From the NCBI GenBank assembly GCA_023231475.1, contig JALJEE010002164.1:1-34471 (forward strand): a stretch of DNA of 34,471 nucleotides, written 5' to 3'. Below the pieces are notes generated by a model. The model searched no databases, was not told the origin of the DNA, and saw nothing but the letters and a program-made list of their open reading frames with translations. This DNA comes from Seison nebaliae (taxonomy: Eukaryota). Below are positions 34,294-34,471 of this stretch, in pieces. How positions within the stretch are numbered: the stretch's first letter is position 1; each line of letters begins with the position of its first letter. Position numbers and translations under genes: made by a program.

Positions 34294-34471
34294 TTTTTTT
34301 TTATTTTTTTATTTATTTATTATAAAAATCAAATCCCCTCGGGGTAAATTAAAAAGAAAATGAGATAGATTACTGTACATGTTATCAGTGATAAGTTTTC
34401 TTCCAATGACGATTTCATCTCTTAAATATTCTGGAATATGAGAAGTAATGTCGAAGTTAGAAGAAATGTAA
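34294..34471 (-). mobile_element. Possible 3' end of a non-LTR element (ORF ending in a TAAA/A-rich tail); alternatively the last exon of an ordinary convergent gene
   Basis: Minus-strand frame open from the window edge (YISSNFDITSHIPEYLRDEIVIGRK...LPRGDLIFIINK*). Its stop lies inside AATAAATAAATAAAAAAATAAAAAAAAA. Confidence 0.35.

Noticed and set aside
1..34471. Alternative genetic code as the cause of fragmented ORFs
   Set aside because: Short GT-AG introns account for the interruptions, and TAA, TAG and TGA all terminate conserved genes at expected positions.

Overview
AT-rich, very gene-dense animal nuclear DNA in the standard genetic code, with mostly 40-60 nt introns. The taxon cannot be fixed from this window; a small-genome invertebrate is a guess. 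I spliced genes by hand. Left to right: a non-LTR retrotransposon RT fragment, an orphan secreted protein gene with about 30 exons, CHCHD4/MIA40, WDR6, RPS27, SF3B2, two small orphan genes, COPS5, two tandem intronless divergent calcineurin A genes, CEPT1/CHPT1, OGA, a sigma-like GST, an orphan gene, a three-Ig lachesin/IgLON-like gene, FAHD1 and a possible LINE 3' end. Most striking: (1) 29 of 30 donor sites in the nine readily modelled multi-exon genes are GTT and none is GTR, suggesting altered 5' splice-site recognition; (2) OGA has one unusually long intron at the position that yields the short human OGA isoform, with poison-exon-like islands; (3) the orphan secreted gene has about 22 consecutive phase-1 introns flanking mostly tiny symmetric exons; (4) both calcineurin A paralogs have SAPNYC, and one has an eroded calmodulin-binding segment. 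All splice models are manual and lack RNA evidence.
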